Shown here: one piece after another, positions 1-12,195 of the stretch
Numbering within the stretch: the first letter of the stretch is position 1
How the letters are laid out: each line of letters opens with the position of its first letter
Origin: Octopus bimaculoides
Lineage: Eukaryota
NCBI RefSeq assembly: GCF_001194135.2
Contig: NC_068983.1
Coordinates: 31,879,858-31,943,857 of the forward strand
Length of the DNA: 64,000 bases
Reading direction: 5' to 3'
Notes under the pieces: model-generated
Seen by the model: the letters and a program-made list of their open reading frames with translations, nothing else
Database searches by the model: none
What the model was told of the DNA's origin: nothing
Made by a program: the position numbers and the translations under genes

Positions 1-2930
1 TGGGTTGTTTTGAAAAGGTCTTTAGTATTGTATATCACCTATTTCTTTCATCTTGCCTCCTCTTATCTGTGAGGACTACCATCCTCAAATATGACACCCC
101 CACTCCACAGTCTTACTCTGCTATAAACCAAAATACAGAACTTTAATCATCAACAGGTATCATCAAAGCTCATTGCATGTATAAAACAATGCAAACACCT
201 CTCCTATTTATACTAGTTGACATTTTTAATACCCAATCACTGTCCCGTCTTTTTGATGTTTATTGAATGTAGAATAATGATTTGACTTTCATGTTGGTTG
301 ATACTGTACATGAAATAAGTTATAATCAACTGATTAATATTCTAAAATTTGATCTAATGCACTCTACATCTTCCTTAACTTACTTCCATTCTATGTTCTC
401 TCTGCTTCCAGCTTTAATTGTCACAGATCTGTTCTAATAACCAAATGCTAATTCTTTTGTCACTCTCTTCCCAGTCAAATACCAAACAACTTGTCTGATG
501 TGACTGCCAAATCCCAAATGTTACATTAGCTGACCTCTACTCCAGCTATCATCAGCCATTAACTTTAATGTTACATGAAAATCTCTGATCATCACATTAT
601 ATTAAATCTGTTCAAAGAAAATCTTCTACATGAGCTAAGAAGCTGTTATGTGACCGATCAACATGCTTGAAATAGCAGCTAAATTTTTTTATAATTACAT
701 CCCACTGACTTAAAAAGGGTAGTACACATTGAATAATGTAATCCTAGACACTTCATAATTAAGAGAAAAACAGGATGGCCATGGCTCGGATGCCTTTAAT
801 CATAAGTCTATTCCTTCAGGAATGATGGAGCCAAACAACTATAATAATCTACACTAGCATGCACATGTTGTGACACATACTGAATGAGTATATGGTATGA
901 GATGGTAGTCATTATGAAATACATCACCAAGTGATTATAAGATGGAAAGGTTTTTAAAGATGTAGTTTTGCAAATTCTTCCTAAATCAAGCCAAACAGTG
1001 TGATAATGGGATCACCCTATTTTCAATCACCTTGATGTACATCCAAACCTCATTGAAGTATCATTAAAGTCAAACTTCTTTTCATAAGTTCCAAACCATA
1101 CTGGTATAGTGTGTGTGTGTGTGTGTACTTGTGTGCAAAGCATGTATTCTCTTCACTTCTTCCTACCTAGCTGACAAACCTGTTCCATTTATTATTTTTT
1201 TTTTTTTTTGTCATGTTTCAGTTGTTAATTGTAGGCTGAACCAATAACTGTAAAAGTAAGGCAAATGCTTGACTATTTGAATTTTAAAGAAATTTTTAAA
1301 TATCCAGCCCATTATTAACATAAAAAAGTATTACTACCAACACCATGCCCTTATATATTTGTATGGATATTATGAAATGAAAGACCTAAAAGAAATAGAA
1401 GTGCCTGTACTAGTCAACTTATTGTTTTTGTATAACAATAAGCCATGAACGTATGAAATTGTACTTTTATGGTTATGCAACTAAGAGGTACACTTTGTAG
1501 CTGCATGGTTTTGGGCTAGATCCACTGCAGAGCAACATTTTGGGAAAGTGTCTTCAACCAAGGCTTTGTGAGTGAAATTTCATAGACAAAAACAGCATAG
1601 AAGTATTTCAAAGTAATCGTTCCTATTCTTAAGTGATAGACTCAGTTCATTGCACAGTTTAATACAACCATGTGGTCTTGTATGCCTTTAATAGAATCCA
1701 TTATTTGCAAGCACTCAAGCCAGGTCTTTGGTCTGATGATTACCTCCACCTGCCTCAAATACCCTGAGAAAGGATCATGTGAAGGCACTGCCTTTTCTCA
1801 TCTAAGCCCTAAAAAAATAATAACTTTGCTTGTTTCCAGTCATTGTGCTGTAGCCTCAGAGACAGCCATATTAATCTCATTATCCTTAACACCTACCTGT
1901 TACATCTACAGCCAAATATCTTAGTGTGTCCCAGGGAGAGTTCAGCATGGGTGGAAACCACATGTTGAGCAAAAGGGCAAAAGCTCACTTAATCTCAATC
2001 AAAATCCAACAGTTAAAAGAACAAGATCAGTAAATAAAGAAATAAATATATATTGTAAAGATGATAACCTGTTCACATAACCATAAATTGTGTGTATTCC
2101 AGTTTTAGAAAAAGTACACCATATTCTTGCATGTTGTAAGAGGCAATGAAAATGGTTGGCAGCAGCTAGAACATCCAACCATAAAGCACTACCTCAAAAA
2201 TGGTATCATGTTGAGACTGTCATGGCACACACAAGGAGAAAATAACTTTAAAACATTTGTCATTGCTATGTCAATTTGTGTATATGTCTACATGTGTGTT
2301 CACTTATTTCCATACAGAGTTACAGTGTTTGTGCAGTGTTGTTGGTGCTTCTCCTTTCAATAACTTGTCTGCTCCTCCAAAGCCATGTGAAATAAGAAAT
2401 CCCTTATTTGAAAAACAGCTGTAAAACAATGCCTTCAATAAAATATTCATCTAAACCATGTTAGAATAACAAAATGAACATAAAACAAGCTAACTAATGT
2501 CAAATTAAATTTACATCTTATCTGAATTTAATCTATATTTTCAACAACAGTATCATGAAGCAGTACATCAAGTATTAGTGAATACAGTAGAATTTGAAAT
2601 CAAAAATCTGAAATTAAATTAAAATATTGCAAAGCTTTTAATCTTTTGCTCCACTGGTTCTATCATTCCACTACCCTCAAAACTTTTAGTAAGCATAAGT
2701 AGTACAGTTGATGTATTTATCTGTGTACACTGGGTATTCTACTTGTTTCATAATATGAGATTATTCACGCTCACACACATTGTACTAACTAAAGTATTGA
2801 GACAGTGTGTGTGTGTGTGTGTGTGGATAAATGCGTAAATACAGGATCTATTTACAGAACGAGTTTGGAATGTATATATGCATAAAGTTGTATATATGTA
2901 CATGTGTGTATGGGTTTGTGTGTGTGTGTA

Positions 2931-3070
2931 TCATCATCATCATCGTTTAACATCCGCTTTCCATGCTAGCATGGGTTGGACAATTTGACTGCGGACTGGT
3001 GAAACCGGATGGCAACACCAGGCTCCAATCTAATTTGGCAGAGTTTCTACAGCTGGATGCCCTCCTAATN
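2931..3070 (-). mobile_element. RTE 3'-tail fragment (short truncated copy)
   Basis: (cat)n cgtttaac.tccgctttccatgctagcatgggttgg... same tail as 41748-41900; runs into a gap. Confidence 0.85.
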
Positions 3071-3722
3071 NNNNNNNNNNNNNNNNNNNNNNNNNNNNNN
3101 NNNNNNNNNNNNNNNNNNNNNNNNNNNNNNNNNNNNNNNNNNNNNNNNNNNNNNNNNNNNNNNNNNNNNNNNNNNNNNNNNNNNNNNNNNNNNNNNNNNN
3201 NNNNNNNNNNNNNNNNNNNNNNNNNNNNNNNNNNNNNNNNNNNNNNNNNNNNNNNNNNNNNNNNNNNNNNNNNNNNNNNNNNNNNNNNNNNNNNNNNNNN
3301 NNNNNNNNNNNNNNNNNNNNNNNNNNNNNNNNNNNNNNNNNNNNNNNNNNNNNNNNNNNNNNNNNNNNNNNNNNNNNNNNNNNNNNNNNNNNNNNNNNNN
3401 NNNNNNNNNNNNNNNNNNNNNNNNNNNNNNNNNNNNNNNNNNNNNNNNNNNNNNNNNNNNNNNNNNNNNNNNNNNNNNNNNNNNNNNNNNNNNNNNNNNN
3501 NNNNNNNNNNNNNNNNNNNNNNNNNNNNNNNNNNNNNNNNNNNNNNNNNNNNNNNNNNNNNNNNNNNNNNNNNNNNNNNNNNNNNNNNNNNNNNNNNNNN
3601 NNNNNNNNNNNNNNNNNNNNNNNNNNNNNNNNNNNNNNNNAACTGATGCTTCTTATGTTCAGCTTTTCTCTCAAGATACTTACACTCTGACGGGTATATG
3701 TATATAAATATATATATATATA

Positions 3723-3881
3723 TCATCATCATCATCATCATCATCGTTTAACGTCCGCTTTCCATGCTAGCATGGGTTGGACGATTTGACTGAAGACTGG
3801 TGAAACCGGATGGCAACACCAGGCTCCAATCTAATTTGGCAGAGTTTCTACAGCTGGATGCCCTCCTAATGCCAACCACTC
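3723..3881 (-). mobile_element. RTE 3'-tail fragment
   Basis: Same tail consensus. Confidence 0.85.
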
Positions 3882-3889
3882 ATATACAC

Positions 3890-4552
3890 ACACAAAGTCC
3901 TAATAAGTAGGAAGGCAGACAAACCACAAACCCCTTCAGGTAGATGGTCCTGCTCGATCTGTAGAAAAGGCGTAGGTAGAAACTCTATAAGATGTACCCA
4001 GTGTAAGCTATGGACACATAAGAGGTGCAGCAATATCAAAGGAAGGCTAACTAGGAAGTTAGTTTTTGTATGTGGCAGATGCTCAGGAGCAATAAACACT
4101 GAAAATTTGCAGAGAACAACTTTTGCCACATTCCAGGGATAAAAACTAGAAGTAGTTGATAGCTTCCGTTACCTAAGTGACCAAGTCAATAGTGGGGGAG
4201 GGTGCACTGAAAGTGTAGCTGCTAGAATAAGAATAGCCTGAGCAAAGTTAAGAGAGCTCTTACCTCTGCTGGTGACAAAGGGCCTCTCGCTCAGAGTAAA
4301 AGGCAGACTGTATGACGCATGTGTACGAACAGCCATGCTACATGGCAGTGAAGCATGGGCCATTACTGCTGAGGACATGTGTAAGCTTGCAAGAAATGAA
4401 GCCGGTATGTTCCGATGGATGAGTAATGTCAGTGTGCAGACTCGACAGAGCATAAGTACCTTGAGAGAAAAGTTGGACCTAAGAAGCATCAGTTGTGGTG
4501 TGCAAGAGAGACAATTGCGCTGGTATGGTCATGTGGCGAGAATGGATGAGGA
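3890..4552 (+). mobile_element. RTE-clade LINE ORF2 fragment, same family as 41748-43590
   Basis: KVLISRKADKPQTPSGRWSCSICRK...TAMLHGSEAW...QLRWYGHVARMDED; near-identical to the 42.5-43.3-kb copy. Confidence 0.9.
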
Positions 4553-4775
4553 TCATCATCATCATCATTTAACGTCCGCTTTCCATGCTAGCATGGGTTG
4601 GACGATTTGACTGAGGACTGGTGAAACCGGATGGCAACACCAGGCTCCAGTCTGATTTGGCAGAGTTTCTACAGCTGGATGCCCTTCCTAACGCCAACCA
4701 CTCAGAGAGTGTAGTGGGTGCTTTTACGTGTCACCCGCACGAAAACGGCCACCCTCGAAATGGTGTCTTTTATGT
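4553..4775 (-). mobile_element. RTE 3'-tail copy inserted into the + strand RTE ORF
   Basis: Tail starts at the gatgaggat|catcat junction; runs into a gap. Confidence 0.8.
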
Positions 4776-5759
4776 NNNNNNNNNNNNNNNNNNNNNNNNN
4801 NNNNNNNNNNNNNNNNNNNNNNNNNNNNNNNNNNNNNNNNNNNNNNNNNNNNNNNNNNNNNNNNNNNNNNNNNNNNNNNNNNNNNNNNNNNNNNNNNNNN
4901 NNNNNNNNNNNNNNNNNNNNNNNNNNNNNNNNNNNNNNNNNNNNNNNNNNNNNNNNNNNNNNNNNNNNNNNNNNNNNNNNNNNNNNNNNNNNNNNNNNNN
5001 NNNNNNNNNNNNNNNNNNNNNNNNNNNNNNNNNNNNNNNNNNNNNNNNNNNNNNNNNNNNNNNNNNNNNNNNNNNNNNNNNNNNNNNNNNNNNNNNNNNN
5101 NNNNNNNNNNNNNNNNNNNNNNNNNNNNNNNNNNNNNNNNNNNNNNNNNNNNNNNNNNNNNNNNNNNNNNNNNNNNNNNNNNNNNNNNNNNNNNNNNNNN
5201 NNNNNNNNNNNNNNNNNNNNNNNNNNNNNNNNNNNNNNNNNNNNNNNNNNNNNNNNNNNNNNNNNNNNNNNNNNNNNNNNNNNNNNNNNNNNNNNNNNNN
5301 NNNNNNNNNNNNNNNNNNNNNNNNNNNNNNNNNNNNNNNNNNNNNNNNNNNNNNNNNNNNNNNNNNNNNNNNNNNNNNNNNNNNNNNNNNNNNNNNNNNN
5401 NNNNNNNNNNNNNNNNNNNNNNNNNNNNNNNNNNNNNNNNNNNNNNNNNNNNNNNNNNNNNNNNNNNNNNNNNNNNNNNNNNNNNNNNNNNNNNNNNNNN
5501 NNNNNNNNNNNNNNNNNNNNNNNNNNNNNNNNNNNNNNNNNNNNNNNNNNNNNNNNNNNNNNNNNNNNNNNNNNNNNNNNNNNNNNNNNNNNNNNNNNNN
5601 NNNNNNNNNNNNNNNNNNNNNNNNNNNNNNNNNNNNNNNNNNNNNNNNNNNNNNNNNNNNNNNNNNNNNNNNNNNNNNNNNNNNNNNNNNNNNNNNNNNN
5701 NNNNNNNNNNNNNNNNNNNNNNNNNNNNNNNNNNNNNNNNNNNNNNNNNNNNNNNNNNN

Positions 5760-6062
5760 CATGAAAAACATTCGAGCAAGGCCATTTCCAGTGCCGCTGG
5801 ACTGGCTTCTATGCAAGTGGCACGTAAAAAACACCATTTGAGCGTAGCCAGTACCACTGGACTGGCCCTCGTGCTGGTGGCACATAAAAAGCACCCACTA
5901 CACTCTCGGAGTGGTTGGCGTTAGGAAGGGCATCCAGCTGTAGAAATTCTGCCAGATCAGATTGGAGCCTGGTGCAGCCATCTGGTTCGCCAGTCTTCAG
6001 TCAAATCGTCCAGCCCATGCTAGCATGGAAAGCGGACGTTAAACGACGATGATGATGATGAT
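5760..6062 (+). mobile_element. RTE 3' UTR and tail
   Basis: ...ggcgttaggaagggcatccagctgtagaa...gcggacgttaaacgacgatgatgatg. Confidence 0.85.
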
Positions 6063-6742
6063 ATATCTGTGTGTTGTAGCTGTGCATATTTATGGATGTA
6101 CTTTAGGTCTAGGCATGGGGTTCTTTTCTTAAGTTCACTTAACAATCATATAAGTGAAAACTGTATTGAAGCCCAGTATGTGTGTGTATATGTGTGTCTT
6201 CTTATAGCAGTCTGGGGTAAAAACTGGTACATTCGAACAGAGACACCAAAAGGTATTGAAGCCAGTCTTAATTAGCTCCCTTTACTGCAGTATCTACTTT
6301 GCATTTTTATCTTATGAGAACAAATAAGTCCCAAACACAGTACTGGGGTTAATGTAATTGACTAAGTTATCTTGAATATAGAGCTCCAACATGGGCATGG
6401 CCCAGTGGCTGAAACTAGTGAAAGAATAGAAGGGTGTGTGTAGACATATCATGCATTATGTGTTTATGAATAGGCCAGATGTTGTGACTATGTGGAGTGC
6501 TTAATTTCCCTCATGTGGTTACAATTGTTGAAGTCCTCTTAATTTACATCACCAACAATGTTAGGAAATGTGTGAACATCACAACATTTCATTTCCTCTT
6601 CTTTTCATGCTTCAAAACTTTACGCTTTATATTAGAAATTATATTTGTTTATGTGTTTAGATTGTGTCATGCACATTGTTTAAAATTTATTTGATGATGT
6701 ATTACTCCTTGATTGCTAAGGAACCCCTCTCCCCCCCCTCTC

Positions 6743-6782
<40 letters not shown>

Positions 6783-7879
6783 NNNNNNNNNNNNNNNNNN
6801 NNNNNNNNNNNNNNNNNNNNNNNNNNNNNNNNNNNNNNNNNNNNNNNNNNNNNNNNNNNNNNNNNNNNNNNNNNNNNNNNNNNNNNNNNNNNNNNNNNNN
6901 NNNNNNNNNNNNNNNNNNNNNNNNNNNNNNNNNNNNNNNNNNNNNNNNNNNNNNNNNNNNNNNNNNNNNNNNNNNNNNNNNNNNNNNNNNNNNNNNNNNN
7001 NNNNNNNNNNNNNNNNNNNNNNNNNNNNNNNNNNNNNNNNNNNNNNNNNNNNNNNNNNNNNNNNNNNNNNNNNNNNNNNNNNNNNNNNNNNNNNNNNNNN
7101 NNNNNNNNNNNNNNNNNNNNNNNNNNNNNNNNNNNNNNNNNNNNNNNNNNNNNNNNNNNNNNNNNTATATATATATATATATATATATATATTTGCATGG
7201 ACTGAGGCATGAGATTTACTACAAGCTCACTAAATGTTTTATATAAATGCAGAAAATGTGTCAGGGATGCAAAATATATATTACTACTAAGAATACTGCA
7301 GACATGCTCCAGATGTGTTACATATGTAGATGACAAGTTGTACCAAAAATTCACAAAATGGCTAGATGCACTGAAGGCACAAGCAGCCAGCTGTGTTATT
7401 ATAAATCTGCAAGGTATACCATAAATACAAATGTGCAAATTATACTGTAAACATTACTGACAAGATAAAAAGATAAGATGTAGTATTACTAATGCACAAA
7501 AACTACAATTACAGATGAGAAAATGTATTACAGAAAATAGTTATAAATACACCACATAAGTTATGAGCAAAATAAACACATATTCTACACTGTTAAGTTA
7601 CTAGACAGATATAAGGTTGCTCTCAAATACATGTATAATACTTAAACTGTTGACAGCATCTACAGATGGATCCTCTGTCAGTTTTGACAATATATATTCA
7701 GTTATTCAATGAACTGAGCTACTTATTAAATTAACATCTAAGTAGCTGAGTATTCTATAGATACATGTATCTTAACATAACCCTTAGGATTGAATCAGCA
7801 CAACATAGTATGTGTTAAGGCTGAAGTTTTGACCTAAAGAGACTTAAGGCTGAAGCTTTGACCTAACCCTAACCCTAAT

Positions 7880-8482
7880 CCATCCAACAGGATTCCACAC
7901 AGTCTCTATTCACCCAATGTCATTTACAGAACCCACAAATCTTTAAATAAAACTGCTTGAATAAAATAACGCAGAGGGATAGATCGAGATGAACAGTGGT
8001 TCCAGCAAGACAGGGCCATCCCCCACACATCAAATGACTGCCTAGCCTGGCCAAGAGAGCAATTTCAGGAGAGACTGATCAGCAGGAAGTGTGACATTGA
8101 GTAGGCGCTGCATTCACTGGACTTGAACCCCACCAGATCTTTATCTGTTGGGGTATCTCGAGGATAATGTTTACCTGAACAACCCTCTAATAATTGGTGA
8201 ACTGAAGGCAGCAACCACAGCAGAAATCCGGGAAATCCCCTGAGAGGAATGTGTTCGAGTGATTGACAATTTTGCATGACATATGCAAGTGTTTGTGCAA
8301 AACATGCCATTTTGAAAAGCACATTTTGAAAAGAACATTACTTTTATGCAAAAGGAATGATCGTTCACTGACTGAAGTTTAAGTCCAGCAAATTTCTTGA
8401 AATTTGCTGGACATTAGTAGGATTTAATAAAAAATTTTATGGGTTCTGTTTTTTGTTTTTTTTTTGGTGGGGGGTGACCCTG
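7880..8482 (+). mobile_element. Tc1/mariner 3' remnant of DD41D (rosa-like) type
   Basis: WFQQDRAIPHT...HSLDLNP(P)DLYLLGYL: 41 residues between Asps after correcting a 1-nt insertion; ends ACCCTG|TA. Confidence 0.75.
8383..8412. repeat. Perfect 14-bp inverted repeat with 2-nt spacer
   Basis: GTCCAGCAAATTTC-TT-GAAATTTGCTGGAC. Confidence 0.95.
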
Positions 8483-8794
8483 TACAAGACTTGGATCAAC
8501 CTGACTATAGTAAAAGACACTTGTCTAATATCCATACCATGAGATTGGACTGAGAACCTCTTGATTGCAAAACTATCTTCTTAACTATCCAGCCATGCCA
8601 GTGTACAAAATATGTGCTGCAAATATACGATCCACGACAAGAACATCTAATAAGATAAACAAATTAATTACAGCTATAATAAGGCTATCTACTATGATCA
8701 CAATTGAGAAAATGTTATGTAAACATACTAAATTTACTATTGGTACATTAGATATATGTGCAAATACAAGAAAACATGATGTGTTACATTCCTA

Positions 8795-8879
8795 CTCAAT
8801 GTGTTTTGAACATAGCTAACAGGATAAAACTAGATGTTCTTGCTCAATATGTTTTGAACACAGCTAACAGGTTAAAACT
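8795..8879. repeat. 48-bp tandem duplication
   Basis: ctcaat.tgttttgaaca.agctaacagg.taaaact at 8795 and 8843. Confidence 0.9.
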
Positions 8880-9297
8880 TCAGCTTTGCTAGATTTATAA
8901 CCAACACCAGATGTGTTGCAGAGGATACACAATACAGATATAATAGATGTAATAGATTATAAACACAGATGACAGTGTAAACTACAGAAGTACTAGGTGT
9001 GTCAGAATTATATCTAATACATCCACTAGATGTAGCAAGAACACTACAGAGAGTGAATACTACAGACACATTAAAGTGCCACTATCACATGTGTTTGACA
9101 ACATAAATGACTGATGCTCCAAATGTGCTGCAGAAATACTAGATTCTAAAAGTATGAGAAATGAATGTGTTTACAAACACTGTGACAAGATAAGCAATAC
9201 ATGTACCAGATGTTTTAGAGAAATATTACATTTATGTCACATAAACATTATCAAACTAGACATGGTTTATTGGAATATAAAAATGGTTTTTGTTTAC

Positions 9298-9972
9298 TTA
9301 CTCATTTGTTTGTTCCTCTTGGCTCTCTGAAATATCTGATTGGTTGTCAACATCACTAGCTTCATCTGTTTCCTGCCTTATATGATCCTTGACATTGTCA
9401 TCATCATCATCATCTGTGGGTTGTTTTTTCCAACAACAGCATTTAAAGATTGCCACAGTCAATGCAATGCAAATAAATGCTACTATTGCAGTTACAACAT
9501 TTAAAACCATATTTGGTACTTGTTGCAAAGAATTACTTTTATCCACATGTAAATCCTTCTTAATATCTATAGATTTTTTGCTAGCAGGAACATATTTTAG
9601 AGGCGCAGCTGCCTTATGCTGTTTATACAGAAATTCTTGGCTTTGGTTGATGCCAGCCTTTGTAGTCTGTTCTACAGCTTTGGTCTTTCGATCGTTGTCA
9701 ATAAAGTATTTCTCTTGTTTATTATCTACACTGGTGGCGGAAATAGACGTTACTGACAAACCTGTTGAGTTTTGGATATAACCATTCTGTTTGTTTGTTG
9801 ATATTGAACGGTGAAGGTGTGGCTCAACTGCTGCCGGTTTTGTTTCCAAATTGACAGGAAATCCTTTTTGGTCTGTTTCCTCCTTAAGAGTTGACTTTTG
9901 TATATAAGGCCTACTGTGAATCGACACACTGTTGAAGAGTAGCATCAGTGACAACACCAGCAACATCTCCAT
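9298..9972 (-). CDS. Orphan single-pass type I membrane protein, 224 aa, intronless
   Basis: Long ATG ORF in AT-rich DNA. Signal-peptide-like N-terminus (MEMLLVLSLMLLFNSVSIHS), S/T/K/Q-rich ectodomain with sequons N68-S-T and N109-Q-S, hydrophobic segment 155-176 (MVLNVVTAIVAFICIALTVAIF), KCCCWKK stop-transfer/palmitoylation-like motif, acidic tail. No family recognised. Confidence 0.75.
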   Translation of the reverse strand: MEMLLVLSLMLLFNSVSIHSRPYIQKSTLKEETDQKGFPVNLETKPAAVEPHLHRSISTNKQNGYIQNSTGLSVTSISATSVDNKQEKYFIDNDRKTKAVEQTTKAGINQSQEFLYKQHKAAAPLKYVPASKKSIDIKKDLHVDKSNSLQQVPNMVLNVVTAIVAFICIALTVAIFKCCCWKKQPTDDDDDDNVKDHIRQETDEASDVDNQSDISESQEEQTNE

Positions 9973-11283
9973 CGAGGGAAATTTTTTTTTCTTCTATCTC
10001 AGAAAATGATATTACTCTTCTGTCTGCTGGTGCTATTATTATCAATGTTGTTTTTGTTTGTCTTAGAATTTCATATGATATTTTCTTGGAAGTGAGAAGC
10101 AAGTGTTTGTTTATTTCGGTCCATTTCTTCTGTAAATGCCTCTGATGCTGTTGTTATTAGTACATGTAGTCTCTACATGAATCAGTGCTAAAATAACCCA
10201 AGCCTCTGGTTTTGTCTCTTCTTCTGCCATATAAAAGCATGCCTTATTGCAGAAACATCAGCTCAATAAACTGGAGAGCTGTTGTTCTAAACAGAATTTA
10301 TTCAGACCAGACCAGTGCAGAACAGAGAAGTTAGATATATTTAGAGGGATGAAGATATTGGCAACAGTTTATTGAAGCTAGTAGATCAGCCACTAACTGC
10401 TGTTAGTTATAGAGAAGGAAAACATTTGTTAATGTTGACTCATACTGAATGAATTCTTGGTATGTTTTGGTTACTTTACCTGCTTCTCCAACCTACAAAA
10501 GAAAAAGTTTTCAAGAAGTAAAAACTTATTGTGTTTTGTTCTTGGTGGCAATATTTTAAAGTTTTGTTTTATGTTGTTATTGTTTTTGCATCTTTCTTAT
10601 AATGAATATATCTTTTCCTTCCTTTCTTCATTTTCTCTTAATTAGGAATTCTGAAATGTTCCTTACCAATTATTCAGTTTGTTTACAGTTAGTTTTCTAT
10701 TATATTATAGTTTCCATAGATTCTTTGTTCTACTAGTGACACCCAGATACATGCAGCTGACTTCCCCATTGTGATCAATATATTTAAGTTTGTGTATGAA
10801 CATATACATGCACATTTACCTGTAGATTGTGTGTATACATGTGTCTGTGTGACTGAATGTGTATATGGGTAAATGTGATTGAGTGCATACATGTGTGTGT
10901 GTGTGCACGTGTGGTATTCAGTTTAACATTTATTCTTCAAAACTTGACAGATTTATGAGACACATGATAAGGTAGCAGTCTGTATGTAGAAAATGAGTAA
11001 TAAGTTTCAGTTTTTAAAAACAAATGCTGAACATATCTTGTTTAGATATTTCATTGTTTGTACTTGTGTTTTATTAAAATGCTTATATTATGAATTCCTT
11101 TTCTCTTGACTTTACACACACAAACTAAAGTGATTGTGTGTGTGTGTGGACTGGCACTGGTATTAAATGGTGTTAAATATCTATAGTATGTAAAACAGTG
11201 GCTCCATTTCTCTGAAGCCACTGGATTTGTTGTCTACACAAACAGGTTGGCTATTTGTCTGGGATTGGTGAAGTGATGTAGAC

Positions 11284-11326
11284 ACCTCATATGAGAACCC
11301 AATAAGGTTAAAAAAATTGATTAAGT
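11284..11326 (+). ncRNA. Heavily decayed third copy of the GAACC-CAAUAA-GGUU hammerhead repeat
   Basis: acct-catatga-gaacc-caataa-ggtta-aaaa-attgat-ta-ag: aligns with the 51.8/52.1-kb copies; core destroyed. Confidence 0.4.
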
Positions 11327-11388
11327 TTTTTTTGTTCATTTTTTTCAATCTATGGATTAATAGTTAAATCTGCCCTATATATATATAT

Positions 11389-11524
11389 CATCATCATCAT
11401 CATCCGCTTTCCATGCTAGCATGGGTTGGACGATTTGACTGAGGACTGGCAAGCCAGAAGGCTGCACCAGGCTCCAATCTAAACTGGCAGTGTTTCTACA
11501 GCTGGATGCCCTTCCTAACGCCAC
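11389..11524 (-). mobile_element. RTE 3'-tail fragment
   Basis: Tail consensus with (cat)n. Confidence 0.8.
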
Positions 11525-11544
11525 ATATATATATCTATATATAT

Positions 11545-11750
11545 GAAGGATAAAGACCTTCAGTCAAAAATGACCATGAGACTGAACCTAGAAAGTTCCC
11601 CTCTCCACACCACCGATGTTGTCCAAGGAAAAGGCATTGACTGATACAGCTTGGCACTAGTGATGTCACAACTCATTTCTATAGCTGAGTTAACTGGAGC
11701 AATGTGAAATAAAGTGTCTTGACTGTGACACAACATCACAGTCTGGTCCA
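11545..11750 (-). mobile_element. SINE fragment with CORE-like domain
   Basis: gctgagttaactggagcaatgtgaaataaagtgtcttg is the reverse complement of a caagacac.t.atttcac.ttgctccag core-like segment. Confidence 0.45.
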
Positions 11751-11769
11751 GGAAGTATACACACATGTA

Positions 11770-12195
11770 CTATGATTTTACTTGGCTTGATGGGTCTTCT
11801 TCTCAAGCATGGTATAATGCGAAAGGTCTTGGTTATTCATCATTGCCTCCATGAGGCCCAACACTCAAAAGGTACTTTTCACATGCCACCAACATCAGCC
11901 ACCTAGCTTCTGTGAGGCCCAGTGCTCAAAAGGTGTGTGTTACATGCCATTTGCATGACACCAGTGTCTTCTACAATTATGATTTCACTTGGCTTGACAG
12001 GTCTTCTCAAGCACAGCATGTCGCCAAAGGTTTTGGTCACTAGTCATAGCCTCCGTGAGGCCCAATGTTCAAAGATCATGCTTCACCAACTTAACCCATG
12101 TCTTCCTGCGTCTACTTGTACCACAGGTTCCCTCCATAGTTAGAGATCCACACTTCTTTACACAGCTATCTTCATCCATATGCTGTCCTCATCCA
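11770..12195 (-). mobile_element. RTE ORF2-end/3' UTR fragments with internal duplication
   Basis: Aligns to 42420-42620; segment cttggcttga..ggtcttctc..gcctcc.tgaggcccaa appears twice (~11775 and ~11985). Confidence 0.7.

Noticed and set aside
2931-3881. Near-identical RTE tails either side of a gap as a biological tandem duplication
   Set aside because: Cannot be distinguished from haplotype or contig-end redundancy around the gap.
4610-4635. CTGAGGA-CTGGT-GAAA-CCGG in every RTE tail copy resembling a hammerhead core
   Set aside because: Only 5 nt between the core halves with no helix II, no helix I partner, and it lies antisense to the LINE transcript.
2947-7438. Long ORF-track entries spanning N-runs (also 12055-13074, 51079-51393)
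   Set aside because: Length comes from X codons in assembly gaps; flanks are microsatellites and repeat tails.
7862-7880. Telomere-like CCCTAA repeats (and TTAGGG-like at 28.7 kb) as evidence of a chromosome end or fusion
   Set aside because: Only 2-3 units or degenerate, and embedded in mobile elements.
9389-9781. 130-aa plus-strand ORF
   Set aside because: Antisense shadow of the 224-aa membrane-protein ORF.
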